From: Lama guanicoe
Lineage: Eukaryota
Assembly: GCA_013239625.1 (NCBI GenBank)
Contig: MU056303.1
Location: 8,736,049 to 8,800,048 of the forward strand
DNA length: 64,000 bases
Direction of reading: 5' to 3'
In this document: positions 38,404 through 52,248 of the stretch, one piece after another
Layout: each line of letters opens with the position of its first letter
Numbering within the stretch: position 1 is the first letter of the stretch
The notes under the pieces: generated by a model
The model's input: only the letters and a program-made list of their open reading frames with translations
Database searches by the model: none
What the model was told of the DNA's origin: nothing
Position numbers and translations under genes: made by a program

Positions 38404-38566
38404 CCAAAGATATGATCCTAAGGTGCTGTGGGTAAGCTAATCTTTTTGCTTATTGACTCATATAATCCGTCACCTCAGAATCCAAAGATAGATATGATCC
38501 TAAGGTGCTGTGGGCAAGCTAATCTTTTTGCTTAATCTGAGATGCTTTTTGTCATCTCAGAATCCA
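38404..38566. repeat. About 80-bp diverged tandem duplication
   Basis: agatatgatcctaaggtgctgtggg(t/c)aagctaatctttttgctta...gtca(c/t)ctcagaatcca present twice. Confidence 0.9.
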
Positions 38567-39469
38567 TTGAATGATACACACTCCAAGCCTGCTTTTTAAC
38601 AGCTCAGCTTTTACTTTTACATTTTCACATTATGAGCCTCTGTGTTTTTGTATTTAAATGTATGTACACATTACACTTAATATATAGCAAGGTCTCAAAT
38701 TGATAACATTAAACATATTGAGATCAGAAGGGACTGTGGGACAACTATTTTTAAGTCATATATTACTGTAATAATTGACTTTTTTAATAACAGGAATGTG
38801 TTCTTAATAATAGGATAGTTTAAAAAAAACCCACGGAAGTGTGGTAAACAGAAAAACAAATAAATATGTTTAAATCTTTAAAAGAAACCATGAATGGATC
38901 ATTAGGAGACACAGGACATATGGACTGGGGGCAAGATCTTTTTTAAGCAGGAAGTCCATGGTGCATAATTACACCAATTCCTGAAAATCACATCCCTAGT
39001 ATGTTGTAGCTTAAAAATCTCCAGCAGCAAGCAGTGAGAGAGGCCAAACCACTCCGAAGAGGCAGGGCAGTACCAAAATCACACACGCCAACTGTTAAGA
39101 CGCTCCCCTAGGCTTGGCAATGACTCCTTCCTCGTGGCACAGATTTTACGGAGGAAAAAAATACATATACGGGATTGTGGTTGATTTTAAAAATTAATCT
39201 CCTCTTTTGGTGCCATGAGTGTACGCCAAGGGAAATACAGTAAGGCCCAGTCCAAATTGATGGAATCAGTGCTCTACTGAAAGCCAGCAACACACGCAGT
39301 GAGGACCTGGCCCCAGACTGGAGTACAGGAGGGCAGATGGTACATATGAGGCTGGGTCCAGGCAGAACTCGGGGGCCAGCAAGGCGGGTGGCCTCTCACA
39401 AACTCTGTAAGCCTGCCCCCAGATGTGGCAGGATTCACACCTCCAAGTCAGCTCCTCACCTGAAATCCC

Positions 39470-39652
39470 CAGAGCCCAATTTTTAAACCTCATTGACCTT
39501 CAGAATCACCCGGGATGCCTTCCAAAAGGACAGATGCTTGGATCCCAATGTGGACGATCATCAGTGGGCAGATCTGTGGTGGGGCACGACATCGATGTTT
39601 TATACATTCTGCAGGTGATGTGCTGACCAGCCACGCGTGCGAGCAAACTGCC
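39470..39652. mobile_element. MER5-like hAT DNA transposon relic
   Basis: tcagaatcacccggga...cagatgcttggatccc...caggtgat pattern. Confidence 0.6.
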
Positions 39653-39839
39653 TTAAGCTCTTCCACCCTAGGTGTGTTCTGCGGACTTTGATATTTTGGG
39701 TTTCCTTTCTCTTAATGGCTGGTGGATGTCCATCCTCACGGCCACTTTTCAGACCTTGGACCAAGCCAGAAATGTAATTATGACTTTCTCTCTCATACCA
39801 GCCAGATGAGGCCAGGCAGGACTCTGCTTTGATTTTTTC

Positions 39840-40110
39840 CCCCTATGTTTCAAGGAGAAACAAGAGCAGCAACATGAGGATGTTCAAACATGAGTAGGTA
39901 AATAACCTGAAAGTCAGGCCATGGAACAAATTTAAGTTCAAGAACTGTATGAAGGGTGGATGAAAGGCCTGGCAGACAAGCAAGAACAAAGAAGTCAGAG
40001 CCACCTGAGGGGAGAGGCTTAGCATCCGATATTCCGGCAGCACACACAGCAGTTCTACAGGAAACGAAGACTACATATTAAGTGAATGAATGAGTGAATG
40101 AATGAGTGAA
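39840..40110 (+). mobile_element. L2 3' end with (TGAA)n tail
   Basis: gccacctgaggggagagg...gtgaatgaatgagtgaatgaatga. Confidence 0.55.
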
Positions 40111-40628
40111 CAACAAAGCCAAAGAGTGTACAGAGAACAAGATGAAGGTACAAAGAAACCTTCCGTAACTAAATCAACTTTTCAAGCCCCCAGTCAAAAG
40201 AATTTAACTCAAAAGAACGAAATCCTTCTGGTCTGCCCAGGCTGCTTCTCCCCTTGGGCCTGTTTTCCCAGCTCTGCCTCTGACCACCTCTCTGTACTGA
40301 ACTGAATTCTACACCCAGTGGCTGGTTGCCAAAGAGGGTGATACAGGCAGGCCTGTCTCTTTATTTTCCAGATTCAGATGAATAAATATATCAGATTTTC
40401 TTCAAGGGTTAGGGAAAATAAACAAAGAATTACAACATAGGTGAAGGATAAACACTTAATATTGCCCTTTTATCTTCGTCTAATGGCAAAGCGCCCAAGA
40501 AATAGAACCCTTTTGTGCGTAGGCTTTGCATGCATTCGCCCTGGTACCTAAACTTGCCCTGGGGCTAGAATGAAAGAGGACCCTATTAATAGATATCTGG
40601 AGAACAGGGGTAAATTAGAACTTTACTG

Positions 40629-41208
40629 AGAACCCGGGATGTATGGCCCCCCCCATCCATAGTTCTCCCATTTGCGCTTGTCTGCGAACTTGACTCTCTC
40701 CCCTAAGTTCTGCTATGTCACTCTCCACCTTCATTTTGGGAATCACCATGTTACTCACAACACACGTCCCTCTCTCAAGAAGCACACTTTTCCTAGTCTG
40801 AGTTATGTTTGGAAATTCCTGAGTGGCGAAACCCAGGGAAAGTATTTTCTCTAAAAGGGCTTAAGGAAGGCAGTGACATTTCCAAATCCAAGGCTTTTCA
40901 AAGTCTCGCCTTAGCGATAGAACCCCGGGATGTATGGCCCCCCCATCCATAGTTCTCCCATTTGCGCTTGTCTGCGAACTTGACTCTCTCCCCTAAGTTC
41001 TGCTATGTCACTCTCCACCTTCATTTTGGGAATCACCATGTTACTCACAACACACGTCCCTCTCTCAAGAAGCACACTTTTCCTAGTCTGAGTTATGTTT
41101 GGAAATTCCTGAGTGGCGAAACCCAGGGAAAGTATTTTCTCTAAAAGGGCTTAAGGAAGGCAGTGACATTTCCAAATCCAAGGCTTTTCAAAGTCTCGCC
41201 TTAGCGAT
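40629..41208. repeat. 290-bp direct tandem duplication (40629-40918 / 40919-41208)
   Basis: Copies identical apart from two C-homopolymer lengths; identical 60-aa ORFs at 40672 and 40962. Confidence 0.97.
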
Positions 41209-41374
41209 TTACAGATATACTTCTTTATTCTCCCGAGTATCCAGTAGGTGGCTGTTTACTCACACACACACACATATACTGAAGGGCACACATTAAATCT
41301 CACAGATTGTAAAATATAACCCACTAAGAATGGAAAAAATATTTTTTTCTGTCCCATAATCTACAATGACACTC

Positions 41375-41562
41375 GAGCAGAGACAGGTAATTCTCAGTTG
41401 TCAGGGGCTGCCTTGCGCATTGTAGGCTATTGAGCCTCTGACCTCTAGCCACTGGATGCCAACGCCACCACCCTTCTCCGTTTGCGACCCCCCCAAGATG
41501 ACGTCAAGCGTTGCCAAATGTCTTCTAAGGAGCAAAACTGTCCCCGATTGAGAACTACTGCT
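41375..41562. mobile_element. MER20 (hAT-Charlie) fragment
   Basis: ggggctgccttgcgcattgtagg...ccactggatgcca...ttgccaaatgtc...ttgagaactactg. Confidence 0.8.
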
Positions 41563-44121
41563 CTAGGTTTAGGACTTTACCTTCCTATTAAGAGCAAATT
41601 CAGTTCTTTTTCTTCATACCCAAGTTGACAGAATTTCTCTCCTCAGGTTTGAAGATAACAAGCAACAAACCCAATACAAACCAAAAAGCCTCTTAATGGA
41701 CGTTATTTGAACTGAAACTGCGCAAACTGTCGCTTGTCAGCACCCAAGTAAATTCTTAGTCAAAGACCATCCTCCTTCCTGATCTGTCTGGCGGAGAGAT
41801 GGCTGGTGATGGTCTCATTCTTCCAGTTACGTGGTGTTTCTCTACAGGAGGATACAACCCTAGGTTATGACCAGACCAAGTGGACAAAGTTACTGGGGAC
41901 ATCTGGCTGAAGTGGATGGGGGGCTTTCTGGAAGATTCATTTTAGTACCAAGCCCTCTTAGAGCTCAGGGAGGTGAGGGGCCAGTGTCTAGTTGAGCCAT
42001 TCGGGTCATTCATGAGAGAAATGGGAACTAATTATCCGCTAGGCACTTAACCTCTGCTGCTCAGTCCCTCAAGCATTAAGCACTCTTACTGTTGATTCAG
42101 AATTTATGATGTGCCTAAGTCAGATGGTTTAGTAAATACTGAATCCAAGAGCCTACAGCAGATAGGACTTCTGGGAAAAGGTCTTAAAACTACAGAAAAA
42201 TCTCAATTATTATAAATCTCATCCAAAAATACTCCAATTCAAAGAGAAGAGACAATTGTGAGTAAATATGAGGAAGTAATAAGTGGAAGAAACCTAAAAA
42301 CTGGAGTATAATTTTCTGATTGCCACTCAAAATCCATGTCCTGCTTCTGCCAAAAGACTTTGGTGAATCCACACTGCCAGCATTCTCCACTTGGGACACG
42401 GGAAGACCAGCAATTTCCCAGCTGCAGGAATAGCCCCTGGTTATTTAAAGCCAATCAGCGAATCCTATCTTCTGCTCTGTATGGTTTGTTTGAAGAATAG
42501 TCATAATATTCTATTTAGGCCAAAGAGAAAAGAGAAATCCCCAAATTTGCTTGGGACATACTGGGAGAGGATCTCTCTCCAGTTTTGGAAGGTGTGCTGC
42601 AAAGTCTGGGGTTTGGAACCACAGCAGTGATTTTGCTAATCAGGCTGTTTTGGGGATGAGGGGGTTGGGACAGGAGTAAGGAAACACATTAACTGCTGAG
42701 GAGGATGTCAGCGCTGCAGCAGGCAGGGCAAAGGGAGAGAGAAAACAGAACCTTAGAAACACGATTTGAATGTCCAGGCTAAATCTCTTCTGAAGTCAGA
42801 TTTGCACCTTTAGTCAGAAATCAATACAATTCCTTTGTTTTGTAAAAAAGGGTGGGCTGGATTTTCCATCACTTGGGATCAAAGAGCCCTGACTGTTATA
42901 AAGGGGGTGTGTGAATGTCGGATGAACAGAAATTCTTTATATCTCTAAGCCTTAAAAAGTTATTTATAAGTGATAGTTCCTGCCAGCACAATTAGAGCCA
43001 TTTTATCGAAAACTATAAAGTAAGAGAGAGAATGTCTTCAAATTTCTAGCTTTCGGATTAATTGAGGTTCCAAGCCTTAGAATCTTAATTCATTTTTACC
43101 TCTTAGTCTAAGGGTATCTGCAGGAGAGCATTTGTTATATTTCTACCGAGGTAAAATCAACAAGGCAGAGCAGAAAGAACAGTGCACTTGGAGTCAATCT
43201 CCTTGGTATCAATTCCTGCACTGATGTAGTTCTCATGGAGTTAACCTCTCTCATCACCACTTGAATTATCTGTAAAATCCGTAAAACTGGCAGAGTAATT
43301 CCTGTTTCATCTATTCGTAAAGATCGCGGTAGAGTAAATACATGAAAGTCCTTTGAGAATTGGTAATAAACTGCAAACAGGCAGCTACTAAAGGTGTTTC
43401 GAAATGGCAAGAAGTAGCAACTTGGTTCAAACCCTTAGGCCAAGAAAAGCAACGCTCAAATACTGAATTTCTCTGGGCACTGACTAGATACAGAAAGCTT
43501 TCCCTGGACGATGGTATATGCTTGAAACCATCCCACACAATCCATTTACAGGTAAGATCATTTCTGGAATAATTATTATGAAATCCTTTACTCTCTCAAC
43601 TATGAGGTATGGCACTAGAAATCAAGGTGACAGACGGATAAAATATTCCCATCAGGAGAATATCTGCGGACTCTTTGTACTATCTTTATACCTTTTCTGT
43701 CAACCTGAAATTATTCCGAAATAAAACAGTTTACAATTTAGAAAAATCACCATGAGTTCTATATTCTGTGTTCTAATTGGTAAAAACAAATACCCCTATA
43801 GAAAATTATAACTAAAGGTGAAGAATGATGATAATATATAAATTTTAAAATGCTAAAGGTAAAAAAATACATATATCCTCACCAGAAACTTGTGATGTAG
43901 CTACAGGAACAGATAAAGGAAGAATGAGCTGATCTGAATTGAAGGAGAGGTGGTACCAAGGGCAATGGGAGCACTGTCGATGTATATTGTTCATTTAGTA
44001 ATATTTTTCACTAAAAAAAAAAAAGTGAAATTCCCAAATATCACTCTGAGAATCCTGTTGGGGTGGTCAAGGAGGACCTCGACAAGACAAAGTCAGAACT
44101 TCAGGATCCTTCCCTATACGT

Positions 44122-44140
44122 TGCTGCCACCTAGTGGTCA
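44122..44140 (-). promoter_or_regulatory. Strong CTCF motif (reverse)
   Basis: Minus strand TGACCACTAGGTGGCAGCA matches consensus CCASYAGRKGGCRS. Confidence 0.7.
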
Positions 44141-44199
44141 CATCTTTCTGTGACTCACCAAGACAAGACAGATCTAATCATAAACATGACAGAAAAATT

Positions 44200-46100
44200 C
44201 AAATAAAACATGCCTGTTATAAAAGTAAAGGGAAATAAGTCAAATTCTCCAATAATATAAAGGAGAAACAAATTTAGAAAGTGAATTCAAAGTTCAGTTT
44301 ACCTTATAAAGTCCAAACTTAAAATCTGAAAATAAAGCACAAAATGATATAGACAGTAGTAAGCTGTTAGCCAAATTTGCAAGTGAAAAAGATTTTTAAA
44401 ATATCAATAATGTTAGCATATAACTTTGATGCAATGATAAAAGAATATACCATAATCAAATGGGCTATCAACCATCTCAGGAATAAACGTATGACTCAAC
44501 TTTCATTGACATATTAATTTGTTAGATTATCAGATCCAAGGAGAAAACTATTTAACACAACTGGCCATAATCATTTAATTACCTTAAAGTATCACATTCC
44601 TGTTATGAACAAACAGGCAACTAAGTATAGAAAGCTATTTCCTAAGTATATTTGGTGGTGGGGATAAACACTTAAGGTAAAGACATTAATTCAGTAACAA
44701 GTTAAAACTGCTACCTAGAACCATAATTATTCACATTTTCTAGAATATCTAGCAATTTTTTAAAAGTAAAATGAATATGTAATATAAACCTTTGAAAGAA
44801 AATCTACTTAGTGTTATTTGCAAACAATAGGAAGAGTGATTTGGAAAAATCCATTAAAGCCTATAAAAAATAAATTGCTGCTTTTAAAAACCCATGCCTG
44901 GAACTTCATTACTGAAATGGCAGAAGCCATTAAAACAAGAATACTGGCAAAAATAGTTGAATTCAACTTTTTCAAAACTTTGAAAAGCAGCTAAAAGCTT
45001 GTAACAATCCAAAGAAGATTTTTTCCAAAAATAGTGGCTGAATCTCAGTAAGAACTATGATCCTTATGCCATTTTAACATGCTTAACTTCCATTTCCATT
45101 TCATTCCAAAAACTCTTTGGCTTCATGGTAGCCTTGAAAGCCAACAGCCTCATAATTTTATGGCAGTTGTGAAAACCAACAGCCTAGCAGCTGCTGGATG
45201 AGACAAAGTGGACTTGGAGCCCTCCCAACGCCCCATTCCCAGGAAATTGTCATTATTTGACCTGTCTGGATACTCCCTGAGAAAAAAAAATAATAAAGAG
45301 AAATAAATAGATGCTCAAAGACATTTGGGCACCAGAAAGTATTCCAAAGTATTACAATGGGAGTCCCAGGAGAAAAGGAGAGAGAGAACTGGGCAGACAA
45401 AATAGTTGAAGAAAGAATGCCCCAAATTCCCCCGAGTTTAAGGAAAATCATTCATCTGAACATCTAAAAAACGCAACAAACATTAACTGGGATAAACTTA
45501 CAGAGTTTTACACCTAGAAATATCATGGTCAAACTGTCAAAAGTCAAGAAAAAGAATGGATCTTCAAAGCAGCAAGTCACTTTTGACTCATCATGTTCAA
45601 GGAAGTCCTAATAAGATTAACAAGACGTTTCTCATCAGGAACCATTCAGGCCAGAAGACAGTGGAATGATCTATTGAAAGTGCTGAAAGAAACAGACTGT
45701 CAACCAAGAATTCTACGTCTAACAAAATTATCCTCCAAAATAAAACGGTGAAATTAAAACACTTGTATATAACAAAAACTGAGAAAATCCTTTGCTAGGA
45801 GACCTGTCCTGTAAGATACCAAAGAGAGTACTTTGGGCTAAAATTAAAGGATAGTAGGCGATTTGACTGACCCAAGAAATAAAGAACAGAGCAATAAAAT
45901 GAAATATGTCTACTCTTTTGTATGACTGTATTTTTGTTTGTAACACTTTTCTTCTCCTCTCTGTTTTAAAACAAATGTATAAAAAAATTATAAAACTTTG
46001 TTGACCAACTTTCATTTATGATAAGAACTCTCAACAAGGTGGGTATGAGAGAATGTATAAAAGCATAATAAAGGCTACATACGACAAGCCCAGAGTTAAA
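44200..46100 (+). mobile_element. Degenerate old L1 fragments (ORF2 remnants; L1M4/L1MC-like 5' region and ORF1)
   Basis: ORF1-like text 45330-45880 (acacctagaaatatcatggtcaaactg, ggccagaagacagtggaatga, tgtcaaccaagaattcta). Confidence 0.75.
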
Positions 46101-49100
46101 TCAATGCATCGGTTATTTGTGGTCACATGTAATAAAGGGCCCATGACAGGAAAAGCTTGGGAGTCTTGAGTGGCCAATGCATGGAAGAATAAATGGGGCA
46201 TGAGAATTTCAAAGGACTGGTGGCTTCTAGTAGAGACTGACAATTTAAAGAGAGGGAGTAACAACTTTAAAGTCCAAATTTCTCTGCTCAAAGCATAGAT
46301 TGAAAAGCATCGAATTTTAATAACAATAACACAATTATAATCTCTTACCTCTTGCACCCCAAACCTGGGACAACTAAAGAAATAAACTTTGCAGGTTTCA
46401 GGAAGACAATAGACCATACTCCCATTCAATCATTTTCTGTAATATGTCCTTCAAATTTTCTTTGAAAACATGTCTTATGTTTTACTCATGATGTTTTCAT
46501 TTTTCTTGATATTATAAATGGAATATTTCCCACTCACATTATAACTTGTTATTACTATAAAGAGAACACGTAATAATTTTCATATGTAGGTATTATAATC
46601 ATGCATTTAAATCTCTTGGTTCTAAACAGTTGTCAAATAATTTACTCATTTTCCTGATAGGTACATCACCTACACATAATAATAATTCTCTGCCCTCTTT
46701 TCCAATATTTATATACTCTTTCCCCCTAGAAAACACATAATGCCTATTTATTCTAATACATCTTTTAATTACAAGTGTCCTAAAATCACTTTCATTTATG
46801 AATAGATGTTGAGGTTTTATTTTTAAATACCTGTTCAGGATTGTTTGAGATTACCTAAATTTTTGTCATTTGGCCTATTAATGTGATAAAACGTGTTAAT
46901 TTTCTATCGATGTTTTCCTTAGTCTGGGCCACAATATTTCATTAACAGCAAGTCTCCTTCTCAAGGGATAAACCAGATTGATTTAGGAAGAGTTCAGGAA
47001 CTGACTTGAGTCCACACCTCCAGGTCCTTAGCACTTCCCAGTGCTGACACGGCAGGAAACAGAGCAGGAGAAATGATGTTTTCCTGTTTTCACTTAAACC
47101 TGTTTCAGGGCCAGAAAGCACATGAGCCAGGGTGTGAAATGAAAAAGAAAAATCATAGCCATTTAAGAGGAGAAAAACCACCAGCTTTGTTACGGAGGGC
47201 TAGAGTTTTATTGTTCCTTCACCAAATTAAGATCTGCGGTGATTTTATAAGGATCAACTACCTTCCATGTTACTTCTTACCTTATCTGTCTGAGCTTTGT
47301 TTCTTAAAGATGGCGCCTGACCCTTTGTTTCACTCATGTTCCACCTCTTATATATGAAAAGCTAGACTTCCAATATAACAGACCCTGTTTCTTGGAACAG
47401 CTGACACCGGATGACTTGTGGTGTCTATTCAGGGCAGCACTGACCCAGCAGGCACGTTCCTTGCACGTGCCTGCCTGGCGGTAAGAAAATGTTCCCATAA
47501 CTACACGCACTCATGTTTGAAAATGTTATACCCATTCTTCACATCACCAATCTACATATTAAAAACTAATTATTGGCTCAGAGTAAAGGTTAAAACTTAA
47601 ATACATTTCAACGTGTAAATTGTGTCCTTATACCATATGTTGTAACTCTACATGGTAAAAATAATGTATCTATGGGAGCAGAATGGATTAATTTTTTTTC
47701 TTCATATCCACCTGTAAGACAGAAGAAGAAATGAATGGGTTTTAGTACCAGGCACCGTTTGTGTCTTCACAAACGTTCTTTCATTGACTGAGGAGTAAAG
47801 CCAGGGTCTAGCAACAGAGCTGATGATCCCAGCTGCTGGTCCTACTGCGCACCACACAGCCTCCCGGAGCTGGGCTCAGGGCATTCAGTCCTGCCACTGA
47901 ACTGATACAGACTTCATCAACCTCTGATTCTTTCTGTCTGTCCAACGTCATGCTTCCTCTGGGCTCAGCTCAGCTCACTTTGTTCTTTTTCCAACTCCTG
48001 AAAAGGTACTGGCCTTTCTTTCCTCTGAACAGCAGTAAAATTCAGACTAATTTATTATGTGAGTTTCAACCCTCAATATGTTTTATTATTATCCAATTAA
48101 TTATGACACAGGACTTGACAGTTTTCAAAACTTTTGTCGATTGGATTAAACCTCAACCAGCTTCTTTATCCTGACAAAATCCAAACTCAAGCTGAGTATC
48201 TGACACTCAATTGTGTGTTTGATTAAATAGAATTAATCGTAGATTCATCAAGTCTCAAAAGCACGAAGACAGAGAAGAACCTTGGAAGTTCATCCCTGCT
48301 ACTTTCCTGCCTTTGCGCACACGTTGATAACCGAAGTGAAAATAAAGTTTTATTACAGAGCAAAAGAAAAATTAAAAGTGTAGGAATCTGTAAGGAAATT
48401 AAACAATATTTTGAAACAATTTTAAAAGTTGGAGCTTAAGTAAACAATAAGGTTAACTAGTACAATGATTTTAAGACTGTGTTTCCTGGAGCTCCGGGAT
48501 TCCCTAAGGTGCATGAAGGACTCTGGGAGGATAGAAAGGAAAGGCAACTAGGTAGTTTTGTAAAAGAATGGTTCCACTCCCACTTGTTTGACACTTTGGG
48601 CTTACACGGTATCCGTCTTTCATAAAAGAGGCTCAGCTGATTGAAACAACAGATAACTTTAAAAACCACTCATTGGGCTAAGTGCTTTTCTTTTAAGAAT
48701 AAAGAAGTTATAGGTCAACTAGGACAAGTAATTATCTGACCTCACCCAGCCAGACAGAGGCTGACTTGAGACAAGAGACTCAGGAAACATTTATAAAGAA
48801 CTGGCTGCCTGCTCAATACCTCCACATACCCTCCCGCACCCACAGCGCAGCCTTCGTGCAGGGGAAGATTTTTCCCAACAACCCGTGGAGTAATCAGGTT
48901 ATCAAGGAAAATATTTATTGTACCTATACTTTTCCGTTCAGAAGAGATTTTCAAATCTCTTTTCAAATATAGTAAAGACTGCCTGGCATTTTTATGCACG
49001 TAAATGATTTTGTTTAAAACATTAACCTAAAAGGCCCTACGTGCTTTTCTCATAGACCTTTCCCCCTTTCAGCTGGCCTGTTCAAGGGAATAATTTCTGC

Positions 49101-49138
49101 CATGAGGCTCCCTGGCTAAGTGACTGCTATTCAGAGGA

Positions 49139-49156
49139 AACCACTAGAGGGCACCA
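49139..49156 (+). promoter_or_regulatory. Strong CTCF motif (forward)
   Basis: CCACTAGAGGGCAC at 49141-49154. Confidence 0.62.
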
Positions 49157-51868
49157 AAGGCATTGCTCTCAAAGTCTGCATCCGTTTGGAGGAGGCAATG
49201 CCTTCCATCTCATTGTAAATGTAGAGGAAGTGGGTGGGGAAGCTCAAGGTCTGGGAAAATGACCATAATAATAGTACCTTGTGTTTATATAGCACCTTTC
49301 TTCAATTAGCTCAGCATGTTTGGATGTGATTATTCAGCTGGGAGCTTCCAGTTGTGGGAAATGAGGCACAAGGCAAACACGTGGCCTAGGTGGGACAGAG
49401 GGTGAGACGAATTCTGATTCATTTCGAATGCCCATTCATTATTTTTACTCTAAAAAGCTGATATGTGACCTTTCCTAGCCATTTCCTTAGAAACAATAAG
49501 CTGAGAAGCCAGGGTCCCAAACTCAAATATATCTCATGGAAAGGCTCGTAAGTTCAACTAGGAAAAGAAATCACTCTTCAGAGCCAAGAAGGGAACTAAA
49601 ACAGAAGTATTTTCAATTATTTTAAGTGTAGAGGTGAGAAGTTGAATGTACTGGTTCCAAATAATGTCATGAAAACAACATAGTTTAAATAATCCATTAT
49701 ACTTTTATTCCTCAAACGAATCTACTCAGATTTATATTGTAAATCATTCACCTTCTATCCATTTTGACCCAAAAAATTACAAAAAAAGGACAAAGAAAAA
49801 AATTGAGCTCGTATTTAAAAAACTAAACTCTTGTGCTACATAAGACAACAGCCCAGCTATTGTGTTAATTAAATGCAGTAAAGAAACATCATGACAGAGC
49901 ATTTGATTAACCAACAGTTAGGTCTGGCTTCATCACCTACTGAGAAAATTGCTATAGTGGATGTTTCCATCGAGAGCATTTGCAATGGCTGACGTGTAAT
50001 ACACGATTAAGATCCTTTCTTCCTGTGAGTCATTTAGGGTCTCACCTGCTGATGTAAGGTCTCACATTTTCTCCAAATACTAAACATGTGCCTTTAACCT
50101 CTGAGTGAGGATGTGAACATTCACTCACACTCGTTTGAGGCTGACTGTCCCTTTCTTTATAGGCTTAAACTCAGCAGATTCACCCTCCAGGGTCATCTGT
50201 TTTTAGCAAATACCTATTTTTCTCCTTAAACTTCAGATGATGCTTTAATATGGCTTCCTTAATAATCTAAATGATCTTAAAATGCATCTGTTGTATAAAG
50301 TCTTTCTCCAAGGTGTTGGGGGACTAACATAATTGCAATATACAGTTCAGACACTCTGCATGTCCTGAAATGGAAAGTAATCAAATCATACTTCTTTCTT
50401 CCTTACTTCTTTCCCAGCTCCCCATTAAACTAAATTTGAGAGATGCCAGTGATTTATTGGGTTTTGTGGGAAAATATTTGTTTTTACCTTATTAATTTGA
50501 ACACTTAACTCAGAGATCTACTTTTCGAGGACTGGTACAGATTGACTTCCACAAACTACCTATAACAATTGTACATCATGTCCATGCTCAGAACAACATA
50601 AATCTACAGAATCTGGCATTGAAGGTTAGGGGTTTTAAGGGTGTTAGACTGTCTGAACAGCTCAAATACACATAAATCTAAAAAGAAAAGTGGTTACTAC
50701 CTTACACGTGTCCTTATCACCATCCCACTCCAATTTGAACCATTGATTCCTGGAATTTGAAACTTAGAAAACCAAGCCACAGCAAGGAAAGGTAACTTGC
50801 TCGTGCACAGTCAGTGGTAGCTCCAAGTCTCCAATCTAGTTCTTCTATAATAGCCCTTATTTTATTGTTTTCATTCATCTTTACATTCCACATGGCTTTT
50901 TTTACTTCTAGGTAATAAGTAGAATTTTTTTTTAAAAAAGCCAAATTTTCTTAAGATAGAGAATACATCAATATCAGTTTATGACATAAATATTTCTGAG
51001 GCACTACTCTGTGTAGTGTTCTGCTTGACACAGAGGTCAAGAGGTAGAGTTTGACATCCAAGTACTCGGAGCTAATTCTTACATTTTCTAATCGATTTAA
51101 GAAAGCAAAGAAAAAATAAACCTTGGCACCTGCAGTTTCAAATTTCTTGATTAGCAGTGTTTTCACAATCAGGAAAAATCCACATGCAGTGTTACATTAA
51201 AAAATGGCATGCCTTTGAAATTTCCTTTTCATGACAGTTCTCCTCCAGAGCTCTTTCACGTAAATAGTCAAAAAGCAAATTTCACCTGAAAGTGATTAAG
51301 CAAAAGATTTTGTTCAAAATGTGAGACCTTTAGTCATTATTATTTATAGTTTATATGTAACTTGATGAGAATAACTTTGAATATGGTCAGATTTCAAGGT
51401 ACTTAGTTATCCTACTCATCAGAATTAGAATTCCTTATGTTGCATATACCACAAATCTGTTAAAACAAGAAGCACATTTTTACTGAAAACTGTTTGACTC
51501 TTGCCATTTTAACTAATCTGTGACTTCCCTGAAGGGAGAGATTTTATCTTGATCATCTTATGGCCCATAGCACATATAAGACTGACAATAAATGGCTAGT
51601 AAATAAATGATGAAAGACTGGGCTGATATATGTGTGTTTAAATGTTACTATAGGGTCACTCAAGGACAGACAAAAGAGGTAACATGGGAAATGAACAAGG
51701 ACAGAAATGTAAGCATCAGCTACACTTAGGTCACTGTGAAAAGAGAAGAAGTTGGAGGAAAATATGATAAATAATCAGAGAGCTAGGGATTTTGTGTCAT
51801 GGAAAACAAAGAGGAAACTTTAGAAGTTTGGGTTGGCAATAGCGTTAAAGGTTAAAAATGATAGGAAA

Positions 51869-52248
51869 TGTGGTAGTTATTAGAACTGTCCATAAATATT
51901 CCAGCCCTCTCTTCTTTGTGGTACATTAAAGATTGTGTTTCCCTGATTTGTTTTGGTTAATGCAATGTGATTGAAAGTGCTGCGTGTTGTTTTCTATTGA
52001 AAGTTTTGAGAGTCAATGAGAACTTCCCCGTGCTTCCTTTTGTTTCGTTTGCCATGGTGACCAAATGTTTGGATAATGGCTGCTTTATTAGCTTGGGACT
52101 AAGCATGAGGACATAATGTGCATCAGAGCCCCTGGCCAACCCACAAAGGGCGTGCAGCATGAGTGAGAAATACGCTTACTTGTTTAAAGACATAGATGGT
52201 GTGATTGTTTGTTACTGTTGCAAACAGGTAGCCTATCCTGACTGATAG
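51869..52248 (+). mobile_element. MaLR LTR (MLT1I/J-like)
   Basis: tgtggtag start; gcatgagtgagaaata...ttgtttgttactg...tagcctatcctgactgata end. Confidence 0.75.

Noticed and set aside
40672-41144. Two identical 60-aa ORFs
   Set aside because: A by-product of the 290-bp duplication; TTG start and no coding features.
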